Shown: positions 22,801 through 36,079 of the stretch, piece by piece
How positions within the stretch are numbered: position 1 is the stretch's first letter
Layout: the number at the start of each line of letters is the position of its first letter
Source: Massalongia carnosa
Taxonomy: Eukaryota
Length of the DNA: 64,000 nt
Direction of reading: 5' to 3'
Assembly: GCA_965645245.1 (NCBI GenBank)
Contig: OZ287087.1
Span: 806,001 to 870,000 of the forward strand
The notes under the pieces: generated by a model
Seen by the model: the letters and a program-made list of their open reading frames with translations, nothing else
Databases searched by the model: none
Told to the model about the DNA's origin: nothing
Made by a program: the position numbers and the translations under genes

Positions 22801-23800
22801 CGAATTAATGGATGCTATGGCTCGAAGATTATTCTCGTCTTATGGGTTTCCGGTATCCACGGTTAATGATAGAGGAAGTCAATTAACAGCACACTTGTGG
22901 AAAAGAGTCTGCGAAAGATACGGGATAAAAATCAAGTTTTCGTCAGCGCATCATCCAGAGACAGACTGTCAGACAGAAAACGCCAACAAAGTAATGAAGA
23001 GTTACCTCAGAGCCTACGTCAAGTATACTCAAGACAACTGGGTAGATTACCTAGCAGACGCCGAATTCGCCACCAAAAATCACGTAAACGTCTCAACAGG
23101 GATGACACCTTTCTTCGCCGATCACGGCTTTAACCGGCGGAGTGGGATAGAACCCCCAGGCCACTATGAAGGAAAAGGCAAGGCCAAAGTATTACACGCC
23201 GATAAGATAATAGAACGCCAGGAAGCAATGCGAACATGGCTAAGAGATCAGATAGCATGGGCTCAAGAAGAACAAACGCGGCATGCGAACAAAGATCGCC
23301 AGCCGCATCCAGGATACAAAGTAGGAGACATAGTATATGTTAACGCTAAACATTTTGCATCCGAGCGCCCGAGCAGGTCTCTAGGATTAAAAAACGCAGG
23401 CCCATGGAAGATAATCAGAATTATCGACAACAAGGCGTACGAACTAGAAATTCCAGACAAATTAAGAAACGTAGGACTTACACCAAACTTCCATCCATGG
23501 AAACTCCACCTCGCGCCGTCCAACCCTTTCCCAGGATAAGTTCTTCCACCAGGCCCACCTATTTCGATAACAGAAAACGATGAGGAAGAATCACACGAAG
23601 AATGGGAAGTCCTAGAAGTAGTAGACTGCCGTGAGACAAGAAAATTCGGAGTTCAATACAAAGCCACGTTCGTGGGAAATAGGAACGAATGGAATACTAA
23701 TCCCTACTGGCAGCCGTGGACCGACTTCAAGAACTCACCGGATAAAGTGCTTCAATACCATAGAGAGCACCCACAAAAACCTAAACCCCGGAGGGTTTAA
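19810..23800 (+). pseudogene. pol: E2 pol (PR-RT-RH-IN-chromo), fragmented
   Basis: ORFs at 19961, 20260, 20707, 22510 and 22808 colinear with E1 pol; RT motif altered to YLND. Confidence 0.92.
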
Positions 23801-24282
23801 CAAAGATTGATTGATATTATTATTAACAGATTGATTTTGACTCGATGTCAAACCTTATTATGACAACATTGGGCTTAGCAGAGCACCTGCCAATTAGCGC
23901 ATCGGAGACCTCGCCAATAAGGGGGGGGTAGTGTCAGGGTCCTATCCTGACATAGGGGTTAGGAGGTTCAATGAATAGGCTTAGCGTCAGCTGAGATAGA
24001 AAGAGGGATCACGGGAGCACGTGCACTAGCGCGATTCACGGTGATAATATCTTCGCCAAGGGCACACAGTAATTTCTCCTTGTAGATAAATTTTGGTTTA
24101 ATAGCGGTTGATTAGAATAGACGACAGCTTCCTTACATAATCATTAAACTGCAAAAGATTATAACCATGATGAGTCTTAGTAGTAATTCCTGACTTTTGA
24201 ATAATATTGCAGACATGTACGTTGAGAAGGAATAGTCGTGGGTGATGCGTAAACTGATGACCTCGATGTAGCAGATAGCAAG

Positions 24283-27200
24283 TGTTGGATGCTAGATGAT
24301 GAGGCCACCATCATCATGGGCATCCATCATGAGCCTCGGGAGGTGCCTTGCAAAGTGCCTAAACAAGCAGAGATGGGAGACAAGGTCTGACCGTCAGGGG
24401 ACAAGGTCTGACCGTCAGGAGGACAAGGTCTGACCGTCAGGAGGACAAGGTCTGACCGTCAGGGGGACAAGGTCTGACCTCCTAGATGTGACTGTTTCGT
24501 GACTGCTATATAAAGCAGACAAATAGCCCACATAGATAATTACCTTCAATGACAATCATGCTACTATACTATCAAGCTGTATGGGCTAATGTGGAATATG
24601 GGTGAAAAGGAGTGGTGTGTATTGATCTATGGGAGGTCTAATATCTCATAGGGGTTCGTGGGTCATGTGACCCATGGGGGGTCATGTGACCCCTAATCGC
24701 CTGACACACCCCCCCAGCTTTGACCAAAGCTGCCATGAGCGAAAAACCTATATTAGGTGCAAATTTCCATGTTTTACCTTGATTTCTAGTGATTTTGGCC
24801 GATTCAATTTGTGGCCGTATTTCCCTTCTTCTGATTGGCCAATTTCTTCTGATTGTTGACCAGGTGCATGGCATTGACTAGCCCTAATAGCTTGACGTAA
24901 TGTTGATGCTTTTGAGGAGGTAGGATCTTTGTTAAACCATCTGCGACCATCTGATTGGTCGGCACATAGTCAACACATAATTCCCCCCTTTGCACAGATT
25001 GCCTAAGCCAGCATTGGGCGACGTCTATATGCCTCAATTTAGTGTCAGTTTTTCCCATTTCGGAGGTTAAAATGCGAATTGTCTGTAGGTTATCGTTATA
25101 GATAACTATATCTTGATCCGGGTTAAATTGTAGCTTTTCAAATAGATGTATCCACTATATGAGCTCTTTACCCGCATGAAGCATAGACAATAACTTGGCC
25201 TCAGTGGTTGACGTGGTCACGGTCAGTTGCTTCCTAGCGGCCCAGTCAATCATCCCACCAAATAGCTTGAATGTATAGCCCTCGGAGCTTTTCCTATCTG
25301 GGTTATTTGCATAGGATGCATCAGCCGTTGCCTCAAAAACCTGCTTATTAGCCGGGACCGGTCCATGATTTGCCATAGTAGTGATTTCACCGCCCTCTTT
25401 GGCCCAGTACTGGATTCCCAGATATTTCGTCCCATATAGATAACGTAGGCAATGGTCTGCAGCAACTAATGCCATTAATGCCCTAAACACCTTGAAGGCT
25501 AGTGTAACTGCATAAACATCTTGAGCATTATCTTGCTGTAGGTCACCTCTAACCACTAGACGTGCTTTGAACTTTGCCAAATAGCCGTCCGAATCAGTCT
25601 TATAGGTGAAAACCCATTTGAGGGGCAATATTGGCTGTATAGCCTCATCTTGATCAATTATTTCCCATGTTTCTTTGTGGAAAAGTGCCTCCCATTCAAC
25701 GTTAGCTGCTTTCATGAACTCATCTGCATAGGGATGCCTTAGCAGAGCTCGCCAATGAGATGGGGGGTCGGGCAAATCATCAGTTCGGAGCTGATTAGTC
25801 ATTCTCGCCGTCCCGCCATAAACGCTGTATGAAATTGAGGGAATTTCGACATTTCTTCTGCTGACCAAGCTCCATTTGCAGCGTATCTAGGGTTTGGTTT
25901 CCTAGTACGTTTTCCCTCTATAACGTTTGCCTCATTTATCCAATCGCTCCTTTTTCCTGATGATTGCCCTATTTCCGTCACATTGAGGGGCGTTCGACCC
26001 GTTTACGGGAGTTGTGGAGGGTCAATTGTTGATGCCCTCACCTTTTTGGCCCTTCTTTTATCTATGGAGACATTAGGGCTGATATCTGGTTCAGGTGTTT
26101 CTATCGGCGTTTCCAGTTGCATTGGCGTTGATGAGGGAGTTATTTTCTCCTGTATTTCGTCCTGACTAGGTGAGTTATCTCCTATGGTCAATTGCTCTAT
26201 ACGCTTATTGACTGATAAGTCTAGCCATTCTTCTTCCTCACTATCTATCTCCTGAAATGCGGGGCGTGGTTCAACTACATGAAACTCTATAAAGCTCGCT
26301 TTTTCAGTCTCCTTTAGCAATAGCTCCTTATTCGACGTATAGGCGCTATAAAGCTCATCTTCGTTGAGTATGACGTCTCTATAACCGCTGACATCTCCCT
26401 TTTCTGGATTCCATATCCTGAAGATATTGGTTGAATCATAGCCAACCAAATAGCAAACAAATGCCCTAGGTTTCAACTTATTGCTTTTGGGAGGAGCATC
26501 GGCCCCTTTTAACAATGGATACGCCTTGCAACCAAACACTTTTAGATGAGCCAGCTCGTATCTGACTGATTGACCCGGATTGGTCAGTTTCTGCAATTTG
26601 ACCAATGGGGAGTCCCATTCCAGAGCTTTATTAGGGGTTCGATTCATCAGATGGGCTGCAACTAAATAGCACTCCGAATACAGGTCTTCTGGCATTTTTG
26701 CATATTCCCTGATGCATCGAGCTTTTTCAGTTAATAGGGCTCCGAAACGCTCCGAAACGCCATTTTGCTCGGGGGTATTCTTTGCTGACCATGACCATTC
26801 TATGCCTTGCTGGCTGATCCATGCTTCTAGGGCTTTTCCTATTGATATTTCTTGACCCGTGCGAATCGTGGTAACCATTAATTAATGGAAATGCCAGCCC
26901 TATCGCATTGATTGATCAAAATTTTGAAGATGGGCAATAGGGTCTTTTCCTTATGATCATTCAATGGATAAACCCATACATATGGAGATAAATTCGTCCG
27001 TAAAATGAGCTATACAGCTCGTTCCATCGAACCCCTTATCATTGATGGTTAGGTCAAAATGAAGCACCTGATATGGCTTGATGGCACGCTCTGACGGAGC
27101 TTTATTGATGACTCTATGCATTTTGGAGACTGCACACGTTTCCCATTGAATGGTCCTAGGTGCGTTTTCACCCCCTACGCCTTTTGAAACTGTTACCTCA

Positions 27201-29210
27201 TCGATCTTCTTTAGCTGGTCAATCACCTCTGGCCGGCAATGACCGAGCCGAAGATGCCATTTCCATGGATTTGCTTTTGACGTATCGCGTGGTTGCACTG
27301 AGTTAGCAACCCCTATATCTATGGATTCAGGGTTATATTCTATGATTGAGAGCCCATAGTGCTCCTTTATTTCACATATTTGTTGCCCTGTCTCCTTAAC
27401 TATAAGGGTATCAGTGAACATATCCCAGAAAAAACCTCGTTTTTCTAACTTATTGGCCGAAACCAACGTCACTGATGAATCAGGAATATAAGCTGTTCCT
27501 TCGAATAATAGCTCCCTTTTCTGGCCATTCAATAGGCCATTTACCCTCATTGTGCCATGACCATGGATTTTCATCTCCCCGTCGGGGGTGTCTACCCACA
27601 TGTCTGATAAAGTTGGGGTTATTTCTCCTATAAACCGTGATTTATCATAGGTCAGAGGGTTATCGCATCCAGAGTCAAATATGACGCTTTTATGCAAGGG
27701 GTTATTTGCCCTAGATTTAACGTTCGCAAACGAGAAGGATTGACCAGGCAATTCAATGTGATTGCCCTGATTATGTTGATCATTCTCTGCTTTATGGGAG
27801 CTCTTTTTGACTGACTCCTCAGTTATTCCGTCTAGTATGTTGGTGTCGGTGACCTTCTTAATGGCCATGAAAAACCGAATGTTTGACTGAATTTTCTGAC
27901 GCATTTCATTGCGTACGGTTTTATCTTCCTTCCATGCAGGGGGGCGAGCTGATTTGACGATATATGGGCATAGCCTAAACAGGTATATTTTCCCACATAC
28001 GCACTTTCTATCCTTGAATCTGGCCTCTTTTGATTGGCCATTCCATTGACTTGATTGGCTAGGCCCCGGACCTTTATTTTCGTCTTGTATTTGCCCCTGC
28101 AGCGAGGCTGCATTAGCTTGCTTTCTAGATGTTGATTTTGCCTCATTCAGGAATGATTCTACGGCTAAACGATATTCCCTGGTTGTCTCGTAAAATTCAA
28201 CCGTCGTCTTAGCAGCCCTATGCTGCATTACCCAGTTTTCACAGAAATTGGGAGCCTATTTCTTCCCTGATTGGAGAAATTCATTGATGAATATAGTCTC
28301 GGAGCCAAATAGGCCCGTTACATTGAGCTCTACAATTTGTCCCTTAATATTCTCCCAATCAGCTACCCATGCCTCTATTTTACCTTTAATGGGCGGGGTT
28401 TTTAGGGCTAGAAATTGCTCATGCAATTGCTCTATGACTTGGTCATCTGACCGCCTATATCTTGCAGCCAGAATTTTCACTATTTCCCTAACCGATGAAG
28501 CTATCTTATTGGGGGGGATGTATGCTCGTGCGGAGCTCCTTAGTGCATTGTCCACTATTCTGAGTCCTTGGGCGACCTTCTCCACCTGTTTTTCCTTCAT
28601 CTTATAGGCTGATATCTCCATTTTAGAGTCCTCCTTTTGCTCAGCCGATAAATCGCCGTATTTCTCAGCCGATTTCGTGGCTATTACAACTCCACCTTCT
28701 ATAATAGGGTAAGCAATTCCACCTGCTGGCTGTGCTTGAATAGGGACTTGATATTGTGAAACTTCCGCATATTTTCCCTCTTCGGGCTCCGGTTTTGAAC
28801 CATTGGGGTCCACATATTGCCATACCTTCGCTTTCTCGGATATTCCTTGTAATTCCCTAATCCATAGATGATAATTCTTGGGAGTTAGGGCGATCATCGT
28901 TGCTTTGTTGGTCTCCTCCATTTTGATCGTTTTGTTGGATCGTTTTGGGAAGAGGGTTTTATTCAACTAGATCAATAAGTAGGAATTTGAAGCTTCTATG
29001 CTCACCGGGCTCATAACTATGAAGCTGTATGGGCTAATGTAGAATATGGCTAATGTGGAATATGGGTGAAAAGTTGTATTGATTTATAGGAGGTCTAGGC
29101 TAGCTAACTGAGGAATATCTTATAGGGGTTCGTGGGTCATGTGACCCATGGCGGGTCATGTGACCCCTAATCGCCTGACATATACCTACAAAGTGAATTT
29201 ATATTTCATA
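24283..29210 (+). mobile_element. Solo LTR (~310 bp net) with a ~22-bp tandem repeat, interrupted by Copia C2
   Basis: TGTTGG start, TSD GCAAG (24278-82, 29211-15); GACAAGGTCTGACCGTCAGG(A)G x5 at about 24378-24479; orientation assumed. Confidence 0.7.
24570..29180 (-). mobile_element. Degenerate Ty1/Copia element (C2) with an internal RT deletion
   Basis: LTRs 24570-24706 and 29018-29180 (diverged, with indels); TSD TATAC; PBS GTTATGAGCCCGG; G-run PPT; fragments gag 28256-28966, PR 26957-28228 (FDSG), IN 26003-26878, RT/RH 24804-25868. Confidence 0.92.
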
Positions 29211-29218
29211 GCAAGAAC

Positions 29219-29664
29219 TGTCACGATTCGACCATATCCAAGGCCTACCAAAGGAAAGTACGGCATCTATCAATGCGCTAACCGCTTCCGTTACTTAATC
29301 CCTTTAGCGGAAGATTAAGCGGTCATAGGGACCGAAAGCTCCCGAACGCCAACCCTTATTTCCGCCCACGGAAACCGTAGCAATCATAGGGGCAATCAAC
29401 GGAGGACTGAAAGAATTGAAAGGGACGCATCGGAACAACCTTCTAGGCAAACATAAAATGGATGAAAGAGACATAGGACAGAGACTGTTTGACCAAACTG
29501 ATTACTTACTGATAGAGTCACAAACAGCTGAAATGGGGCCGAGCAATTATCTATATAGAATCCTGTAGAGGACACCTCTTGCTTGTTTCATTTCTGTATC
29601 TTTGATATTTTCTAGTGCATAGCTTCCCAATAAGTCAATTCTACATCCTGGTTGAACCGTCACA
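29219..29664 (+). mobile_element. Probable LTR remnant
   Basis: TGTCACGA...CCGTCACA ends; shares GCTAACCGCTT(C/T)CGTTACTTAATCC with the LTR at 10378-12015; no TSD. Confidence 0.5.
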
Positions 29665-29666
29665 CG

Positions 29667-31582
29667 ACGAGATGCTTAGGGACAGTCTCCCTTGTGTAAA
29701 TCTTTACTAGTAAACAGCCCTTTTACTACTCATCCAGGATGCGAACAAAGTGTATTCAACACCTACAAATCTACGTATTGCGATGACTTCAACTCCAAAA
29801 ACTCGTCAGCCAATTGCGATACATCATCTTTTCTAGGCTTCATGCTTTTAGCCACCTTTCTCATTGCCGTTTCCTTTCTCGCTTGAGCCCTAGCCTGTTT
29901 GACTGATTTCTCGACTCTTTGCTGAGATTCCAACTCCAACTGAGCCTTTGGTTTCTTCGCCACACCCCGAGACCTTCGCTTTGTTGCAGAGGAAGTAGGG
30001 AGAATTTGACTGGCGCGCACGTTTTGGCTAAGACTATAAAGAGATGGAGGCGGCGCTGCATGAGATAGGGCTTTTTGACTATGCTTGGCAAGCACATCGT
30101 TAATATCTTAGAGCGAATCCGACGAGGCTTCTGATGGAAAGCATAACATCATTATCGTCATCCGAAGGAAGCATAGGACCCATAGAACGACCGAGAATGG
30201 GCTGAGTGCTTATATATTGCACCTCGTCGTCGTCGTCGTCGTCGGAGACGATAGGCGCGTTTTCGATTCTCTCCATGACTAAATTTTCTCCTGAATCTAT
30301 TGTACCCAATATTAGCCGATCCGGGCGCAATAACTTTGCATCATCGTGAGTTTTACCTTCTGTTTCACCTTCAACCTCATCGTCGCCCCTAGCACGCAAT
30401 CTATTATATCTAAGCCTCCTCCCTTGTTCAATAAAGTCCCTTCGCCTAGTACGTCGTTGTTCAGTTTCTCTAGCCTCAGCTGCCTCGCGACCAGTGTAGG
30501 CACGTCGACGACTCCCTCCTTTCTTATACATGAGGTTTCTTTGGGCCGAATTTCGTCGGGGAATGTGGTGGGGATGAGAGGTCTTACCAGCTCCTTCTCT
30601 TGCTATTTCTTATTGAACTTTTCAACGATGTGAGCATGCTCGCGAGCGTACTCCTCCCTTCGATGAGAATCTTCTATTGATTGATGCAGGTCAATAGACT
30701 GATATGCCACAGAATGTAGCAAATCAAGGCCCCCGCGGCGATATCTATCCGCACCCAACACGCCTTCTTCGAGCTCGACCTCATCCTTATCCGCCTCAAT
30801 CTCTCCCGTCCCTTCGACCTCATCGACGATCTTTTCAACCTCGGGCTCCGAGCCGTGAGCGAGATCGAAGGTCATTTGCCAAGAGACCGCATAAGGTGGG
30901 CCAGCAAAAAACCAGCGGGGGTGAATGAGGGAAACGGGAATAGGGACCGAGTCGATGATGCATTTATACAGCCAGCATTTGCATGGGAGACCGTACCTTA
31001 GAGGCAATTCACAATCATAAACACAGCTTCCACCATCAGGGACGATTAAAGGATTCGTTCAGCTAATGATTTGGCGGCATCGAGTTCTCTTGAAACGAGG
31101 CCAATGGCATGATGCGTAATTTTCTCAATGAGTAGCGTAAAAGCATTTCTATCTATCAATCTAGGATTGCGTATTCGCTGTTGATTGCACAAAATCTCCT
31201 GATCTAATTGTATTTTCCGCACCTCATCACATATTTTCTGCACCGATTGTCTTATAGGAGTGTCTCTATTAGTCACAATTTTAACCAATGGATGCAGACC
31301 TTCTGAACGCTGTGTGCTGTGTGCGCCTAAATTAGGGAGTTTAGTAGTATATGCATGCACGAATTGAATTTCTTGACGTTGATAGAAATTCATGAGATAA
31401 TCCTGCGAAAGAGGTAGCGTTAGCAGTAGCCCTAACCCGCTTGAAATTTAATTTGATATATGACTACTAACCTTTTCTGCGGGATGAAGTTCATTCAGCA
31501 ACTTTCTTCGTCTCTCATTCAACTCATCAACAGCGGGGGATTTTATATAATCCCAAATCAGACTGTCCCCTAAGCATCTCGT
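29667..31582 (-). mobile_element. TIR-bounded element carrying a 5'-truncated Mutator (MULE)-like transposase pseudogene
   Basis: TIRs ACGAGATGCTTAGGG(G)ACAGTCT at 29667-29688 and 31560-31582; NLGAHSTQRSEGLH and C..PLRYGLPCKC (SWIM-like) motifs; intron 31403-31471. Confidence 0.72.
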
Positions 31583-31716
31583 GGGTTTTCGACCGAAAAT
31601 TGCTTTTTTGCCACCGGGTTTTTGTCAAAAATCCCAACCCGGACACCAAAAATCATAGGTTTTGCCACAAACGGGTTGGGTTTTCCAAATAAAAACCCAA
31701 CCCGTTGCGCGGCGTA
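31583..31716. mobile_element. One end of a MITE-like element related to 59075-59652
   Basis: AACCC subterminal repeats ending ACCCGTTGCGCGGCG-TA, matching the TIR of the 59 kb element. Confidence 0.65.
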
Positions 31717-32737
31717 CCTGGAGACGATCTTTTGTAAGATCAAAATATCCAAAATCTTGGGTGCAAAATCCGTGAAGATGTCGAGAGTGTGCTTGTCCGC
31801 GGCGAGTAAACTGAGTATCAATGATCGAAATTATTGATGTCGGCCGTTTATCGGGCGAAAAACCAGAGCTGCTTCTTTTGCGCTATCCCATGTTTGATTT
31901 CAGCAGGATTCCTGTAGTCTGCTTAGATTCTGGCTTTTCCCCAAACTTTCGATTATGATTCTCATGTAGATTTGAAGTTTATCGACGAGGCCTACCAGAT
32001 CATGAACCTCCTGGCTTATCTGTTAAAGAGAGTTGACGCAGTTAGTGACAAAGATAATGACCCACGTTTGCTCGTTGGAATAGAAGAAAGAGTAAATCCA
32101 GAGATTCTAGTTTGATATATGAATCGACGAGGTACCCGTCGTCTCTTGCAAATCAATATATGTATATATCGGATTGCGTAAAGAATGTTATCGAATGCCA
32201 TCATCAATATTGAAAATCGTCAGATCGCTCTTGATGTCTAAACTAACATGAACAAATTCCGTGAGTTCTGTCGTTAGCGCACCGTTGTTGACATAATTCG
32301 CGGCACTCATCTAGATTCTAAGATCCTCAAAGTTGCAGATCATCAAAGTCGTGCATCGGGGACATACGTTAACATGGAGATATTTAACGCGTCCTCAAAA
32401 TCCCTTAAGGTGTTGATAAACTTGATTCGATTATTGTGGGGGAAAAGCGGGCGCGCCTGCGCGACACGTCATAAAAGCGAATCAGAGATATGGCATAATG
32501 TGTCTTGTCATGTTGCTAGATTTGTGATAGAGTCATTAATCCCGTAGAAGGTTATGATAGTTATGCACGCTGAGGCGACGATCGGAAGTTGACAAAGATT
32601 CTCCTAATGGAAACGAGAAAGAACGATTCAGGGGCGTACCACTGTGATTCACAGAAACGGTATGCCCTTTCATAGGATTCTGGCGGCGAGGTATAATGTC
32701 GCCATTACAATTTCGGCGAAATCTTGACTCCTCATTG

Positions 32738-33006
32738 TGTCAGGTCACGCACGTCCTGACATAAGCGAATCGGTAGTTATAACCGATCTCCGATCTCCGA
32801 CTAGGACACGGCTCGTGTTCGTATTCTTATTTTATTGTAATTAAATCAACGGACTCGCGACCCGAAGAAGTTGGGCTATAGGCTAAAGACCTGATCGCCC
32901 ACTTCTTTCGAGGGGTTACTGATCAATTTATTGATTTACCACTCTCTATTCGTACATTCATCACGAATCCATATCGTAGTCACGCTGTTAGACTTGACCC
33001 CTTACA
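32738..33006 (+). mobile_element. Solo LTR with E1/E2-like termini
   Basis: TGTCAGG..CCTGACA start, CCTTACA end, TSD CATTG. Confidence 0.85.
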
Positions 33007-33917
33007 CATTGTCAGAATTTCCCCAAATCTTAAATCTGGCTGGGGGAAAGTTTCTTGAGGCGGAATCGTCAAGCAGTCGACGGTATTTCCGATCAGGAGA
33101 TTTCGAGAAAATAACGGATAACGAAGTCCTCGAATCAGACGTTAAGAATATCACGTTGCTTCGACGTTATCAGCGAGAATTCGCGATCAGCTTCGGGTAT
33201 GAATTCTGGCACGAGGAGACTTGATTCCTGCATTCTGGATCTGGGAAACCTGTAACCCGAATTAATTAAAACAGCCTCTCAGCGAGAATCAAACGAGATA
33301 GACGATTCAGCTGCTAGAATTGTAGAGTTGCTGATTACCTTAAAATACATCAACTCTTCCCCATCATTCTTGTCCTCCCTTCTCTCCTCCTTATACCCCA
33401 TCGCCGGCAATCCCCCCCGCATTTTCTCCAACAAAGCTCTCCGCGCATGAATCCGACCTTCCAGTTCCTTCACATTATAATCATCGTTTATCGTTCATGT
33501 CAGACCAAGTCAAGGTCAAATCAACAGGCCAAATTAAATCAAGAAGCAAAAAGCTACAAGACCAAGCAAGCAAGCTGTGCAGATTGGTAGGAAGATAGGT
33601 TTTTAGGTAGCTGATCGGTTTTTTTTTCGCTTTACAAAAACAGGATGCTGCTGCTGCAGTCACTATTATCCAAAAAAAATAGCTAGCTAAATATACAAAC
33701 AGATACATAGTTGAATCTCGTAGCTAGCTAGCTAGCTATCCAGATATTGAGTATAGAAAACTAAAACTTCGGAGGTAGTTACAGAGTACTCGTACCTGGC
33801 TGACAATTGCCGAGCAGCGAAATCGGGAACAGAGAATAAAAGAAAACAACAAAATCCGGAAAATCAGGTCTCAGTTCGGTTCTGTTAGCGGAATGTAACT
33901 CCTCTACTCTACTCTGC

Positions 33918-34409
33918 TGTCATGGAATTACCTCGCACCCTCCCACGTTTCCTGATCGGTTTAGTATTTAACAGGCTCTCTTGCCGTATAATCTGCCCTG
34001 CATGTTGAATTGTTGAATATCCAATTCCTACCAGCACAATGAACATCTATCAGTTCAATGAACATAGCACCTACGGCTGCCCTAGATTGACAGATCATCT
34101 ACGGAAACCGTTGATGCCGCATTAGGCTTAGTCCCAAGATAAGATAAGATCACCTCGTTTAGAAGGGTGACCAGTAATAGGAAAAGATTGCTGCATAGCA
34201 ACTCTTCATCCTTAACATCACGGTCATACATACCTTTATTATTACATAGCCATATAGCCATAGTCATATACCTATTTCAACATGAATGGAACCGTGGCCC
34301 GAACCTATGTGGTTGGAGCTCTTCGTCGGACGTCTTGTATACTATCCCTAGACCTAGCTTTCTAATAGTAACTCTTGCATATCTCCCTATCTGGACCTTG
34401 TCCGTGACA
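33918..34409 (+). mobile_element. Solo LTR interrupted by another solo LTR
   Basis: TGTCATGG...CCGTGACA, TSD TCTGC. Confidence 0.85.
34011..34282 (+). mobile_element. Solo LTR; family also present at 47242 and 56214
   Basis: TGTTGAA...TTCAACA, TSD TGAAT. Confidence 0.9.
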
Positions 34410-34769
34410 TCTGCCAGTTAGCTGACTTACATAGAACATGTAATTGCGATACATGTTTCTTAATAATAATATTGTTATTGTTTGTTGTTGTAAATGCTAT
34501 TGATATATCTCGTCTCTTTTTCCTTTCCTTCTCCTTTCTCACTGCTGTTTGATTATCTGAATTCGAAATTATCAGGTTTCAAGTAAGTAAGATAAAGCAA
34601 AGCAAGTAAAACAGCGTTAAGTTTTATTTTTGTTTACACACACGCGCGTACAAAGCTTACATATATGTACACGCATACATATCATTATTGCTTTTATCAG
34701 AAAACCTCTTTCTTTCCTTTTTCTCTTCTTTTCCTCTTTCTCTCGTTCGAGCTTTAACCTTCTCCCCTC

Positions 34770-34940
34770 TGTGACGAAGCGAGATAGTGAATAGCTTTCT
34801 ACCATTGCGCCACCTGTCCTTCCCGACCAAAAGGCCCAATACTTAGTCCGCAGACCGAGCTCTATTCTACTATAACTGGGACTCCTGCTATGTTTGCTGT
34901 AGGTCCTGCCGTCCGCACTACGCTTGGTCGAACCGTTTCA
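34770..34940. mobile_element. 171-bp solo LTR; second copy at 59250
   Basis: TG..CA ends; near-identical to 59250-59420; TSD CCCTC/CCCCC (4 of 5). Confidence 0.8.
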
Positions 34941-36079
34941 CCCCCTTCCCTTTTCTACTTTTTCGTTATATAAATAATACATGCAATGTACGCGCAATAG
35001 AGAGGTAAAAGGAGCTTCTTTAAATAAACTGTATGTTTTGTTCGAGAAGGAAGAGCGAATAAAAGAACAGATAAGAGGAAGGATGAGTGAATGAATAAAT
35101 AAGATAAATAAATAAAGTCAATCAAACTTTAATTCAAATATTGCGATCGCAAATTTCTGGAAAAAAGCGGAGAGGGATAGGTAGGGTGAATAGGAGAGGG
35201 ATAATATAGGAAAGAAAATATAATCAATCATTGCTTTCTGCTTTATTTTCACTTATATTGCTTTGCTTTGCTTTCTCGTCTTTTACATAATCAATCAGTC
35301 AAAGTCTTATTATTATCGTTTATTATTATCATAATTATTATTTCTCACGACTTTTCCAATCGCAGCAACAACGCCTCAAAAGTAATCGTCGTTGTCGTCA
35401 TCATCGTAAAATGACTTTTTCAAGAAGAATAAATACTATATCAACAAACACTCTCCTCCCCCTAATTCCCCCTTTCCCTTTTCCTTCCTCTCTTTCCCCC
35501 TTCCCCCACCCCTCTACTCTCCCCAATAACACCTTCCCACCCGACCCAATGCGCCGCGCTCATCGTGGACATGATCAAGCACGCGCTCCGACAATGTTCG
35601 CGAGAGGTGGAACGGAACCGGGAATCGCACACGTGCTGGTAGCACCGGAACCATTAGCCCTGTTGGATACCAACCTATGGCGCTAGACATTATTATGGTC
35701 ACGTGTAACAGTAGACCTATTCCGGTATGCGGCACGCATCCTGGACTAGGAGGATTTCAGACCTTAGAAGTAGAGTCATAGAATCATTAATATAACAACA
35801 ATGAATAACCTCATACTTCTACAGGTTATGAGCCCGGCCAGCGCATAAGCTCATTAATCTTCGCTAGCGACAGGCCACAAATACCCCACACCCCCCAGAG
35901 CAAAGCACCTAGAACGAAGAACTTCCTACCCGAAAAGGAGGAATGGTGTGAGGCGGGAGGGTTAAGACCACTTGGCTACCAAAAGGAGCCAATTCTGAAA
36001 TGGCGGTGTGGAATCAAGCCAATGCGCCTGACCACCTACCACAATAGATAGGAAGAATGCTACGCCCACGTACTGAAAG

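Larger units (their letters stand above)
12263..24137 (+). mobile_element. Degenerate Ty3/Gypsy chromovirus (E2), a relative of E1, with a Copia inserted in gag
   Basis: 206-bp LTRs 12263-12468 and 23932-24137 (about 12 mismatches); PPT AAGGGGGGGGTAG; gag 12692-13398 plus 18884-19809; pol fragments 19810-23800 with many stops and frameshifts; no matching TSD. Confidence 0.93.

Noticed and set aside
12258..24142. TSD for E2
   Set aside because: Flanks CTACT and TAATC do not match; the element may be recombinant or its flank deleted
31720..32500. Possible host pseudogene with introns
   Set aside because: No consistent frame or recognisable motif could be reconstructed
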